A stretch of DNA of 64,000 bases from Candidatus Methylomirabilia bacterium (GTDB lineage: Bacteria > Methylomirabilota > Methylomirabilia > Rokubacteriales > CSP1-6). The DNA is taken from contig JBHIBG010000003.1 in assembly GCA_046758965.1 (NCBI GenBank), forward strand, positions 32,001-96,000. Direction: 5' to 3'. The notes beneath the pieces are model-generated. The model ran no database searches. It was given only the letters and a program-made list of their open reading frames with translations, and was not told the origin of the DNA. Below are positions 30,667-41,682 of the stretch, piece after piece; positions within the stretch are counted from its first letter, which is position 1, and each line of letters begins with the position of its first letter. The translations under genes were made by a program, and so were the position numbers.

Positions 30667-31550
30667 CGGGTGATCTTTCCCAGGACGCCCTCGGGCCGCA
30701 AGAGCAGGACCCCGATCAGGACGACGAAGCCAATGGCCTCCTTGAACTCCGACCAGAAGATGCCGCCCAGTGTCTCGGCAAAGGCGAGCACGAGGCCTCC
30801 GAGGATGGCGCCGGGCACATGCCCCATCCCGCCCAGGACGATCACCACGAAGGCCTTCAGCCCGGGCGTGAACCCCATCTCCGGGTAGACAGTGAAGATG
30901 GCGCCCACCAGGCCGCCCGCGGCCGCGGCCAGGGCGGAGCCTATCATGAAGGTCACCGAGACCACCCGGTCCACGTCGATGCCCACCACCACGACCGCCT
31001 CGCGGTTCTGGGCCGTGGCGCGCATGGCTTTGCCCATCCGCGTCTTCTGGATAAACAGGTAAAGGCCGCTGATGAGCAGCACGCAGACCAGCAGGGTAAT
31101 CAGCCGCTGGAGCGTGAAGGCCGCGCCCAAGCCGCTCAGAATGACGTTCGACGCCTTGCTCGGGATGATGCGCGGGATGCTGGTCCAGACCAGGCGGGCG
31201 CTGGCCTCGAGGAAGACGAGGAGGCCGAGGGAGACCAGCAGCGTGTCGATCATCGGGTGCTCACGGAGGGGCTTGAAGACGAGCTTCTCCACCACGACCC
31301 CTCCGATGGCGATGACCACCATGGCCACGGCCACCGAGAGGACGTACGGGAGCCCCAGCAGCGCGGCGCCGAAGAAGGTCAGGTACGCCCCGTACATGTA
31401 GAAGGTGCCGTGGGCGAAGTTGATGATGCGCATGATGCCGAAGACCAGGGTCAGGCCGATGGCCACCATGGCGAAGATGCCGCCGTTGATCAGCGTGTTG
31501 GCCAGCTGCTGGGGAAGCTGGCTCCAGAGCTGCTGGGCAAAACTCTCCAT
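30663..31550 (-). CDS. ABC transporter permease (LivH-like)
   Basis: GLTLVFGIMRIINFAHG, GKAMRA, RPEG. Confidence 0.93.
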   Translation of the reverse strand: MESFAQQLWSQLPQQLANTLINGGIFAMVAIGLTLVFGIMRIINFAHGTFYMYGAYLTFFGAALLGLPYVLSVAVAMVVIAIGGVVVEKLVFKPLREHPMIDTLLVSLGLLVFLEASARLVWTSIPRIIPSKASNVILSGLGAAFTLQRLITLLVCVLLISGLYLFIQKTRMGKAMRATAQNREAVVVVGIDVDRVVSVTFMIGSALAAAAGGLVGAIFTVYPEMGFTPGLKAFVVIVLGGMGHVPGAILGGLVLAFAETLGGIFWSEFKEAIGFVVLIGVLLLRPEGVLGKITR

Positions 31551-31581
31551 GAGTCGGTTCGGCGGGCGGGCTCAAGACGCA

Positions 31582-31609
31582 CCCCGCCCGCCGATTGCGG
31601 CGGGCGGGG
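31582..31609. other. perfect 12-bp intercistronic hairpin after the solute-binding gene
   Basis: ccccgcccgccg-attg-cggcgggcgggg, with no U-tract. Confidence 0.6.
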
Positions 31610-31634
31610 GCGGAAGCCGTACCAAAGGGCGCGC

Positions 31635-32792
31635 TTACTGGTAGATGATGGTGCGCTGCCCCTTCTCGAAGCGAGCCAGGCCTGGCCGGACCGGGGCCTG
31701 GCCGTTCTCGTCGAAGTAGAGCATGTGGCCGGGATAGGAGTAGACCCCCTTCATCCGCGTCTCCGCGATGGCGTCGCGGATCTTGGCGCGGTCAGTGGTC
31801 GTGTTGGCGCGCTCCATGGCCCGGGCGATCACGTAGATGGCGTCGTAGGTGGGCGCGGAGAGGAAGTTCGGGTTGCGGCCCACCTTGGCGCGAAACTTCT
31901 TGACGAACTCCTGGACCATGGGGTCCTTCTGGTTGGCCTCGAAGGCGGTCACCACCCAGACGCCGTTCACGGCCTCGCCCCCCCTGGCCACCTCATCCTG
32001 GGCGCAGCCGGTCGAAGCAATCAGCGTCTTGTAGCCGAGCTGCCGCGCCTGCTTGATGAGCTGGATGCAGGTGGGGATAGCCCGCGAGACGAGGTAAAGG
32101 GCCTCGGGGTTCTTCGCCTTGATCGCGGTGAGCTGGGCGACAAAATCCTCAGACTCGGCCAGGTAGTACTCCTTGGCAAGGACGTCCACCCCGTTCTCTT
32201 CGAACTTGGCCGAGAATTTCTTGACCGAGCCCCTGCCGTAGTCGTCGTTCACGGCGATCATGCCGATTGTCTTGATCTTCAGGCTCTCGATCACGTGCCC
32301 GACCAGCGCGTTGGCCCGCATCGTGCTGGTTTCCTTGTTCCGGAACATCCACTTGTTACCGCTGGCCGTGATCTTGGGGTTGACCGAGATCGACGTGATC
32401 TGGGGCACCTGATTCTGCTGGGTCACCCTCATCTCGGCAAGGGTGACGGAGCTGCAGTAGGACCCCAGGATGACGGGCACCTTGTATTTCGAGATCAGCC
32501 GGCGCACGGCCGACACGCCGACCGCCGGCCGGCAGGCGTCATCTTCGAGCTGTATGCGCAGCTTGTGGCGCTCCCCCCCGACCAGGATGCCTCCTTCCGC
32601 GTTGATCTCCTCCACCGCCAGGTCGATGGCCCCCTTCACATAGACATGCGACTCTGAAGGCCGGCCTGTAACGGGGTTCGTGACGCCGATGACGACGTCA
32701 TGGGCGAACGCCGGCGCCACGGCGGAGAAAGCGCCTCCCCCAACTAGACCCATGGCAACAACCAGAGCGAGAAGTGTTTTACTGCCCCTCAT
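31635..32792 (-). CDS. ABC transporter substrate-binding protein (LivK/LivJ-like)
   Basis: Signal peptide from ATG 32792; LAVEEINAEGG, DDYGRG, DFVAQLT, YDAIY. Confidence 0.92.
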   Translation of the reverse strand: MRGSKTLLALVVAMGLVGGGAFSAVAPAFAHDVVIGVTNPVTGRPSESHVYVKGAIDLAVEEINAEGGILVGGERHKLRIQLEDDACRPAVGVSAVRRLISKYKVPVILGSYCSSVTLAEMRVTQQNQVPQITSISVNPKITASGNKWMFRNKETSTMRANALVGHVIESLKIKTIGMIAVNDDYGRGSVKKFSAKFEENGVDVLAKEYYLAESEDFVAQLTAIKAKNPEALYLVSRAIPTCIQLIKQARQLGYKTLIASTGCAQDEVARGGEAVNGVWVVTAFEANQKDPMVQEFVKKFRAKVGRNPNFLSAPTYDAIYVIARAMERANTTTDRAKIRDAIAETRMKGVYSYPGHMLYFDENGQAPVRPGLARFEKGQRTIIYQ

Positions 32793-32867
32793 ATTGCCCC
32801 TCCTCTTTGCCGAATTCCTTCTTGGCGCTCCGGGAATCACACATATCCATCGGCCAAGGTTGGGAGG

Positions 32868-32897
32868 AATATAGGCGGGGTCAGGGGGGGGTGTCAA
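32868..32897 (-). promoter_or_regulatory. sigma70-type promoter of the ABC operon
   Basis: TTGACA-18 bp-TATATT on the minus strand. Confidence 0.6.
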
Positions 32898-33260
32898 GGG
32901 GGTGCCGGGAGATTCCTCAGACCAGCCGCGGGCCTCAGCAACGGCCCGCCAGACCATGGAAAGAGGACCCCTCTGGACCGAGCATGACCGGACTGAGCCG
33001 GCGTTCAGTCACGGGCGGGTGGGAGGAGTGATCGGGCCGGCAAGGACCCGGGCCATCTCCCGAGATGTGCACGAGCTCAGGCACGATCGCCTCGACAGGG
33101 GGCCTGGCTTCACGTATCATGAGTTGGTATCCTGCTGATCCGTCAACCGTTCGGACCTCATGGGCAAGCCCCCACCTCGGCGCCGCCTCCCTCGGTCGCG
33201 CGGGAGTGCCTCGTCGCCCAGGGGCGCTCCGCTTCTCCGCGTCCCGACCGACGACCAGAT

Positions 33261-33649
33261 ATGAGGGTTGATGGCATTGATCACGTAGTGCTCACGGTGC
33301 GCGACATCCGCGTGACCTGTGAGTTCTACTCGCGCGTGCTGGGGATGCAAGTGGTCACGGTCGGAGATGGCCGAACCGCGCTCCGGTTCGGGAAGCAGAA
33401 GATCAACCTTCACCAAGCAGGGAGAGAGTTCCAGCCGAAGGCCCTACACCCCACGCCGGGGTCGGGAGACATCTGCTTCATCACCGAGATCCCGCTGGAG
33501 CGCGTGAGGGAGCACATGAGGTCATGCGGAGTGGAGATCGTGGAAGGCCCCGTGAGGAGAACGGGAGCCCGGGGGCCGCTCGAATCGATCTACGTGCGCG
33601 ATCCAGACGACAACTTGATCGAAATTTCGAACGTTCGAGAGGCGACGGC

Positions 33650-33653
<4 letters not shown>
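33261..33653 (+). CDS. VOC/glyoxalase family protein
   Basis: [33 protein letters not shown]. Confidence 0.92.
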
Positions 33654-35047
<1,394 letters not shown>

Positions 35048-35061
35048 GGCCCTCCGCCTCT

Positions 35062-35095
35062 TCCACCTCCCCGTCCCACTCGATGGCGATGCCGC
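35062..35095. repeat. 34-bp direct repeat: orphan copy of the OsmC-like gene 3' end (partner 40101-40134)
   Basis: tccacctccccgtcccactcgatggcgatgccgc is present at both places. Confidence 0.85.
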
Positions 35096-35338
35096 AAGGT
35101 CCTCAGGCCGGGCGCGCAGGCGCTTCCCCCCCTAGATGATTCTGCTCTTCTGCCGCCTTCCCGCCTCTGCTAGCATGCTGATGGGCGTGGGACTGACCGG
35201 GCTACATGCCAGTGGTCACGCTCGAAGAGAGAGAGGATTCCTCTGGCGCTTTACCTCGGTGATCGGTTCGAGCTCCCTGTCACGCGTGAGGCGTGGCAAT
35301 CGGGACACATTCCGCTCAATGGGGGATTCTGCCTCCTC

Positions 35339-37327
35339 GTGGATGCCACGGGCGAGCCCATCCCCGTGACCCTGAGGGCAGAGTCGGGGCAATCCGCCGT
35401 GGGGGTGTGGGATGGTGGGGGCGGGGTGCTTGACGTGCCAGGGTTGCGCGAGCTGGTCTTGATCACGGGCGCCTCAGGGCGACTCACGCTCCAAGTCGAG
35501 GAGGTCAAGGCCCCTACCTTCAGGGTTGGCCGTGAGGGCCGGACCCACGAGGACGACCCCGTGGATTTCTCCCCCAGAGAAATCGGCAGGGTTCCCGTGA
35601 GGTTTGATCCGCACGACGTGGAGATCCTCTCGGAGCTCGCGGAAGGGGCGCACGCCCCTCTGGAAGTCTACCAGCTCAACCGGTGGGCCCACACGATCGC
35701 CCTCACCCCCGGATTTGAGGAGCTGATCTCCCTTGCGTCCCTCAGGGAGGTGATCCCGTACGAGCACCAGCTCGCCGCCGTGAAGACTGTCCTCAACCGC
35801 ATGCGAGGGCGGGCCCTGCTGGCTGACGAGGTAGGGCTGGGAAAGACCGTGGAGGCGGGGCTGATCCTCTCGGAGCTGCTGCGCAGGCGGCTGGCCCGCC
35901 GCGTGCTGGTCCTGGTGCCGCCCGGATTGGTGACCCAGTGGCAGGAGGAACTGCGTCGGAAGTTCTACCTCGACTTCGTGACCCACGACGCCGAGCCGTT
36001 CCGGCAGGAAGGCCCCGAGGCCTGGAAACGGTTTGAGCGCGTGGTGGCCTCGTTTCACACCGCCAAGCGGCCGGAGCACGCCCGGGTGATCCTCCAGATC
36101 CCCTACGACCTGGTGATCGTGGACGAGGCCCATCACCTGAGAAACGCCCGCACGGTCCTCTGGCAGTTCGTCAATGTGCTGAGGAAAACCTATCTCCTCC
36201 TCCTCACCGCCACGCCGGCGCAAAACGATCTGGAGGAGCTGTTCAACCTGGTGACGCTCCTGCAGCCGGGGCAGCTCAAGACTCTCAGGGCGTTTCGCCG
36301 GGATCATGTGGCCCGGGGCGACAAGCGCCAGCCGCGAGATCCGGAGGGCTTGAGGCGCCTGCTCTCCGAGGTCATGGTGAGGAACCGGCGGGCCACCACC
36401 CCGGTGGCGCTCACGCGCCGGGTTGCCCGGACCGTCATCGTTGAGCCGACCGCCGCCGAGCAGGAGCTGTACGTCGGGCTCTCCGACTTCCTTCGGGAGC
36501 ACTACCGGCGGGGATCCGGAATCACCCGGATGATGGTGCAGACCCTTCAGATGGAGTTGGGTTCCAGCCCCCGGGCCGCCGCCCTCACTCTGGAGCGGCT
36601 CCTCTCCCAGCAGTGGGAGCTGTCGGTCCGCGACGGGCTGCACCGCTTCCTGGAACACGCCCGGAACATCGTCGACGATGCCAAGAGCCGGGCTCTCCTG
36701 GGTCTTCTCCGATCGTGGAGCGACAAGCTCCTGATCTTCACTCGCTTTCGTGCTACACAGGAGCACCTGGCCCGCCTCCTGCGGGAGACGGGGGAGCCAT
36801 GCGCCCTCTATCACGGGGGCTTGCCCCGGCTGGAGAAGGAGGAGGTGGTCCGGGCCTTTGAGGGCCCCTGCCGGGTCCTGATCTCCACGGAGGCCGGCGG
36901 CGAGGGGCGCAATCTCCAATTCGCGCATGGCCTTGTGAACTACGACCTGCCCTGGAACCCCATGCGGATCGAGCAGCGGATCGGCCGCCTCTCTCGGGTC
37001 GGGCAGACCCGGGACGTCTACGTGTTCAACCTGGTGGCCCGTGGGACCATCGAGGAGACCCTCCTGGAGATCCTCGACGCCAAGATCAACATGTTCGAGC
37101 TGGTGATCGGAGAGATCGACATGATCCTCGGGCAGCTCGCCACCGACCAGGACTTTGAGGAGTTGGTCACGGACCTGTGGCTCACCTCCGAGGACCGCGA
37201 GGCCTTCCGCGTGAAGATGGAGTCCTTCGGGGAGCAGCTCCTCAGGGCCAAGCAGGCCTACCTCGGGATCAGGGAGCTTGAGGACCGGATCTTCGGTGAC
37301 GCGCTGGCGCCCGGAGGGGGCGCGTGA
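35339..37327 (+). CDS. SNF2-family helicase (YqhH-like); start uncertain
   Basis: LADEVGLGKT, VDEAHH, LTATP, STEAGGEGRNLQF, YDLPWNPMRIEQRIGR. Confidence 0.9.
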   Translation: MDATGEPIPVTLRAESGQSAVGVWDGGGGVLDVPGLRELVLITGASGRLTLQVEEVKAPTFRVGREGRTHEDDPVDFSPREIGRVPVRFDPHDVEILSELAEGAHAPLEVYQLNRWAHTIALTPGFEELISLASLREVIPYEHQLAAVKTVLNRMRGRALLADEVGLGKTVEAGLILSELLRRRLARRVLVLVPPGLVTQWQEELRRKFYLDFVTHDAEPFRQEGPEAWKRFERVVASFHTAKRPEHARVILQIPYDLVIVDEAHHLRNARTVLWQFVNVLRKTYLLLLTATPAQNDLEELFNLVTLLQPGQLKTLRAFRRDHVARGDKRQPRDPEGLRRLLSEVMVRNRRATTPVALTRRVARTVIVEPTAAEQELYVGLSDFLREHYRRGSGITRMMVQTLQMELGSSPRAAALTLERLLSQQWELSVRDGLHRFLEHARNIVDDAKSRALLGLLRSWSDKLLIFTRFRATQEHLARLLRETGEPCALYHGGLPRLEKEEVVRAFEGPCRVLISTEAGGEGRNLQFAHGLVNYDLPWNPMRIEQRIGRLSRVGQTRDVYVFNLVARGTIEETLLEILDAKINMFELVIGEIDMILGQLATDQDFEELVTDLWLTSEDREAFRVKMESFGEQLLRAKQAYLGIRELEDRIFGDALAPGGGA

Positions 37328-38391
37328 GGCCGCCCGGCGGGATCGAGGCGTTTACCCTCACGGCGATCGAGCGCCTGGGTGGCGCGGTCGAGAAGCAGGC
37401 CGACGGGCTCTACACCTTCCTCTGGCCGGCCGAGGCTACGGGAGAGCTAGAGACCCCTCAGCTCGCTTTCGATCCTGAGGTGATCGATGAGGAGCCGGGC
37501 GCCGAGCTGGTCACGTTCGCCAGCCCCATACTGGAGGAGATCGTCCAGCTTGCCACGGCCTCCGGTCGGGTCGCCCGGGCTTTCCTGAACGCGATTGCGA
37601 GCGCTTCGCGCGGAACGGCCGAGCGGCTGGCGTGGTCGTATCGTTTCCTCGACGCTTCCTGGACGGCCGAAGCCGGAAGGGCGTGGTGGCTCCCGGTGGG
37701 GCTCTTCCTGTTCCGAGCCCGGTATCTGTCCGATTCCCGAGAGGAGGATCTGGTGGAGGTGGCCATGAACCTGGCCGACGGGCGCATCCTCCGGCGCCTG
37801 GCCGAGGCGATCGAGCGCTATGGGCTCTCTCCCGATCCCCCGGAGGCCTGGCCGATGATGGCGGAGCTGCCAGCCAGCCAGGCCTACACGGTGGCGCGGA
37901 CCGAGCTGGAGCGGAAGATTCTCTCGCCCCTCGGCCGGCGGCGTCGGGAGCTGGAGTCAAGGCTCGCGCGCGAGAGCGGACGGGCCGGGGCGTACTACGA
38001 GGAGCTGATCCGAGAACTCGAGGAGCAACAGAAGAGCCTTCCCGCCGATGATCCCGGGCGAGCACCGCTGCAGTCGAAGCTGAGGGCCATTCGCCTTGAG
38101 CGCGAAGGCCGGCTCGCTGAGCTCCGGGGTAAGTACAAACTGGAGGCGGAGGTGGCGCTGCTGAGCGTCCTTCGTCTCTATCTGCCCCGGGTGGTCTTCC
38201 CGGGGAGGCTCACGGGGAAGCGCCAGGCGGCCGAGCTCACGCTGGTCTGGGACCCGGTGGAACAGGCCGGAGAGCCGGCCCCCTGTCGGCGCTGCCGAGG
38301 GCTCACCTACGAGATGGGTCTCCTTCGCTCCGGGGCGGTTGGCTGTCTCCCTTGCCTCGACGCAGAGGCCAACCAGCAAGGCAGGAGGTAA
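37324..38391 (+). CDS. helicase partner protein (YqhG-like) with coiled coil and C-terminal CxxC...CxxC
   Basis: GTGA overlap with the helicase; YYEEL coiled coil; CRRC...CLPC. Confidence 0.65.
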   Translation: MRPPGGIEAFTLTAIERLGGAVEKQADGLYTFLWPAEATGELETPQLAFDPEVIDEEPGAELVTFASPILEEIVQLATASGRVARAFLNAIASASRGTAERLAWSYRFLDASWTAEAGRAWWLPVGLFLFRARYLSDSREEDLVEVAMNLADGRILRRLAEAIERYGLSPDPPEAWPMMAELPASQAYTVARTELERKILSPLGRRRRELESRLARESGRAGAYYEELIRELEEQQKSLPADDPGRAPLQSKLRAIRLEREGRLAELRGKYKLEAEVALLSVLRLYLPRVVFPGRLTGKRQAAELTLVWDPVEQAGEPAPCRRCRGLTYEMGLLRSGAVGCLPCLDAEANQQGRR

Positions 38392-38553
38392 CAGCGACAG
38401 TAGCGAGCCGCTCCATGGACAAGAAGAGACGCGAGGCCGAATGGGCCGAGGCAAAGCGCCGATGTCGCCTGAATGCCGAGACCCTGCAGATGGCGAAGGA
38501 GCTGCGGCTCAACCCACGAACGGAAAGCTGACCGCCTGGCCGCTCACTTCATC

Positions 38554-39101
38554 ATCGACTTTTCCCGAAATCAGATAGTGGTTCGAGGCGGTAAGGGCAA
38601 CAAGGACCGCTATACGATGCTTCCCGCAGCAGTCAAAGAACTCCTGCTGCAGCACCTCCAGGCGGTCAAACGCCGGCACGACGATGACCTCAAGCGCGGC
38701 CTCGGCCGGGTCGGCTTGCCCAACGCCCTCGAACGCAAATACCCAAACGCGGGGAAAGCACGGGGATGGCAGTGGCCGCTTCCCGCCTCAAGCCATTACA
38801 CCGATCGGGTGACGGGAGAACGGCGCCGCCACCACATCCACGAATCGGTTCTCCAGAGGGCGATTAAAGAGGCCAGGCTCAAAGCCGGCATTGTGAAGCC
38901 AGCCAGCTCCCACACGTTGCGGCATTCCTTCGCCACTCGCCTGCTCGAGCATGGTTACGAACCCTGACCGTCCAGGAGCTCCTGGGCCACAGCGATGTCA
39001 GCACAACGATGATCTACACCCATGTTTTGAACCGGGGCGGCAGAGGAGTTCGCAGCCCGGCGGATGCGCTGACCATGGCGGTCAATCCGTCGCAGCCATA
39101 A
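38554..39101 (+). pseudogene. intI: integron integrase remnant (5'-truncated, frameshifted near 38965)
   Basis: VRGGKGNKDR, integron-specific insert [31 protein letters not shown]; after the frameshift [33 protein letters not shown]. Confidence 0.92.
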
Positions 39102-39219
39102 GGGGATTATGCTGACCATCGTCGCGGTGTTTGTCGGCGTCCGTGCTTTTGGAGAGGTTTGACAACGCATTGGAAACACGAGAGAATCGCCGCCGCTCGG
39201 TAGAGTTGCGAATAGGGGA

Positions 39220-39246
39220 TGCGATCACCATACTCAATAGTTAGCC
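39220..39246 (+). other. candidate attI / first cassette core site (GTTAGCC at 39240)
   Basis: GTTRRRY core downstream of intI and upstream of the first cassette ORF. Confidence 0.45.
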
Positions 39247-39329
39247 GTCGCGCATTGATCGTCTAGCACGTTCGTGGTACGGTTCGGGTATCCTGAGCGT
39301 GCTGCGTAGCGGCAGCGTGGAGGGCATCG

Positions 39330-39512
39330 ATGTCAGGGAGCACCGCCAAGCAGAGGGTCCTCGAGGCGATCGAGAAGCTGCCAGCCGACGCCACGCTGGA
39401 AGATGCCATAGAGCGCCTCGTCTTCTTGGCGAAGATCGAGCGGGGGCTGGCGGAGCTGGACGCCGGCAAAGGCGTCGAGCACACCGAGGCTAAGCGCCGA
39501 CTCGTCCGGTGA
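39330..39512 (+). CDS. putative type II antitoxin (cassette)
   Basis: 60 aa, LEAIEKLPADATLEDAIERLVFLAKIERGLAELDAGKGV; GTGA overlap with a RelE/ParE-like frame. Confidence 0.8.
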   Translation: MSGSTAKQRVLEAIEKLPADATLEDAIERLVFLAKIERGLAELDAGKGVEHTEAKRRLVR

Positions 39513-39729
39513 CCCGGGTCATCTGGGCACCCCAGGCCATCAGCGTATCGTCGGCGCGGTGACCCGACTTGAGAGCTTCCCTCGTTCCGGGCGAGTGGTA
39601 CTAGAGGTTGGTGACGAGTCCCTCCGCGAGATCGTCCACGGCAGCTACCGAATCGTGTACCGGCTCAAGTCGGGGGTCGTCGAGGTTGTCACAGTGTTTC
39701 ACGGTGCCCGGTTGTTTCGGCTCGACTGA
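39509..39729 (+). pseudogene. RelE/ParE-family toxin pseudogene
   Basis: VTRVIWAPQAI, then a frame change to QRIVGAVTRLESFPRSGRVV...LREIVHGSYRIVYR...VVTVFHGARL; internal deletion. Confidence 0.8.
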
Positions 39730-39745
39730 AGCAGCGGTGGTGAGC

Positions 39746-39817
39746 GTCTAACTTCCCGATGAACCCGCCGCCGGCTCCGCCTCGCTTCGCCGCCGCGGGT
39801 TATCGCGAGCGTTAGCC
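39746..39817 (+). mobile_element. attC site
   Basis: R'' GTCTAAC ... cgatgaacccgc / gcgggttatcg ... R' GTTAGCC; 72 bp. Confidence 0.85.
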
Positions 39818-39840
39818 CGCCGAAGTAACACGTAGACGCA

Positions 39841-40080
39841 ATGAAAGGCTTATTCCACCTGAAGAGCGCCAAGGACCTCCTCGCCAAGCTGCGCCATGAC
39901 TTCGAGCGCCTTCAGCGCGACCCTGTCGACGCTTATGCTGCCTTCGACTTCCGCGTGACCGCGAGACATCTACCGGAATGGCTCTATCCGGGCGACCCTA
40001 GAAAGCAGGACGTGCCGTTCCAGAATAACCTTATTCTTCAGGTCTGCCGGCAGATCGCTGATGGCGCCAAGCATATCTAT
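39841..40080 (+). pseudogene. truncated cassette ORF of unknown function
   Basis: Starts 24 bp after attC; protein-like to IADGAKHIY, then runs into the antisense strand of the OsmC-like gene. Confidence 0.55.
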
Positions 40081-40090
40081 GCTCCAGGCG

Positions 40091-40555
40091 CTACTCCTCC
40101 TCCACCTCCCCGTCCCACTCGATGGCGATGCCGCGTTGGACAGACTGTGCAGCCGGGCAGCCTTTTTCGTGAACCTCGATGGCCCGGAGAGTCTCCTCGC
40201 GCTTGCCCTTGGGAACCTTGACCTTGTAGTGCACCTTGATCTTCGTGATCAGCGGCTTGCCGTCCACGTTCTCGATGACTCCCTCGACTTCGGAGGACAG
40301 GCGGTCGGGCTGGCTCGGGATCTTCCGCGCTGCTAGCGCCCCGGCTAGCGTGCCGGTCATTCACCCCGCCACCGCGGCGATGACATGGTCAAGCGTGGTA
40401 GGCAGCTCCTCCTCCGGCTCGACGCCGTAGAACTTCTTGATCCCCCCGTGGACGCCGTATCGCACCGGCTCGGGGAAGGCCTCGATGTAGGCCCGGCGAA
40501 CCGGCCCCTTGTCTTTGATGATCTTCACCCTGGAAATGTGAATCAGCTCACCCAT
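40091..40555 (-). CDS. OsmC-like selenoprotein (in-frame UGA = Sec at 40361-40363)
   Basis: Two abutting in-frame ORFs join as ...TTLDHVIAAVAG-U-MTGTL...KGCPAAQSV. UGA sits at the first OsmC/Ohr Cys position, with hairpin GCTAGC-CGGGGC-GCTAGC about 11 nt downstream. Confidence 0.85.
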
Positions 40556-40671
40556 AGCTGCTCCTCCTTGTGCCGCCTCGTCAACGCAGGCTTACTGGAT
40601 CGTGATCCGTCACGCAGCACTATACTCGCCGGAGACCCAACGCGCTATTGTACAGGAAACCTCCCGGAGGC

Positions 40672-41682
40672 ATGGCTCGCTTGAGGTTCGAAGAGCTGAA
40701 GCGGTTCCTCGAGCGGTCGGCCGTGGCGGCCCACGCCCCCGACCGCGTGACGATGAGAGAGCGCTACCGCGGGGTCCTGGTGGGCGTGGCGGCCGGCAAT
40801 GCGCTGGGCCTGGGCGTCGAGGGGTGGTCACGCAGGCTGATCGAGGCGCGGTTCCCCAACGGCGTGAGGGAGGCAGACGCCGCGGAGCGCGAGCGCCCCT
40901 GGGATGACGATCTGGCCCAGACCGCGATCCTGGGGGAGGCCCTGCTGGCCGGGGAGGAGCTGACGCCTGAGGATCTGGCCTCGCGCCTTCTCCGCTGGGC
41001 GTACGACAACGGCCGCGGCATGGGGAACCTGAGCTGGCGCGTACTCTCGGAGCTGGCTTCGGGAACGCCGCCAGCGGTCGCCTCTCGCCGGGTCTGGGAG
41101 CGGGACGGCCGCGCCCCGGCGGGCAACGGAGCCGTCATGCGGTGCGCTCCGGTCGCGCTCCGGTGGCGGACGTCCGGTCACCGGCTGGTGGAAGAGACGG
41201 CAACGAGCGCGCTTGTGACTCACTACGATCCCCGCTGCGTCTGGTCCGCCGTAGCCTTGAACGTCGCGCTCGCCCTGTCCCTCGGCGGAGCCACTCCGGA
41301 CCTGGAGGAGCTGGCGACAGCGCTGGACCGCGCCGGCGCACCGGTCGAGGTGGGCGCGGCGATTCGATTCGTGCGGGGGCGCGCTCTCCCCGAGCTGCTC
41401 CTCGATCACCGCGCCGATATGGGATACACGCTCAAGGCCATGCAGGTGGGGCTCTGGTCGCTGCAGCAGGAGCTTGATTTTGAGGAGGTGCTGGTTCGCG
41501 TGGTGAACGCCGGAGGAGATACCGACACCAACGGCGCCGTGGCGGGAGCGGTCATGGGGAGCCGGGTCGGGGTTTCCGGCATCCCATCCCGTTGGGTGGC
41601 GAACATTCGGGAGGCCGGCCACCTGCTGGATCTGGCGGACCGCCTCTTTGAGGCGTGTGAGGGCGCGGGGGCTACCGGATGA
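40672..41682 (+). CDS. ADP-ribosylglycohydrolase family protein
   Basis: GVAAGNALG, WDDD, GNGAVMR, VTH, GGDTDTNGAVAG. Confidence 0.92.
   Translation: MARLRFEELKRFLERSAVAAHAPDRVTMRERYRGVLVGVAAGNALGLGVEGWSRRLIEARFPNGVREADAAERERPWDDDLAQTAILGEALLAGEELTPEDLASRLLRWAYDNGRGMGNLSWRVLSELASGTPPAVASRRVWERDGRAPAGNGAVMRCAPVALRWRTSGHRLVEETATSALVTHYDPRCVWSAVALNVALALSLGGATPDLEELATALDRAGAPVEVGAAIRFVRGRALPELLLDHRADMGYTLKAMQVGLWSLQQELDFEEVLVRVVNAGGDTDTNGAVAGAVMGSRVGVSGIPSRWVANIREAGHLLDLADRLFEACEGAGATG

Noticed and set aside
32930..33250. Short ORFs between the ABC operon and the VOC gene
   Set aside because: No recognisable motif or RBS; probably intergenic or unidentifiable debris.
38554..39101. Functional integrase mobilising the island
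   Set aside because: The N-terminal domain and first catalytic Arg region are missing, and the frame is broken.
40091..40555. Two separate small genes, or a nonsense pseudogene
   Set aside because: The in-frame UGA lies at the catalytic Cys position with a downstream hairpin, so a single selenoprotein is more parsimonious.
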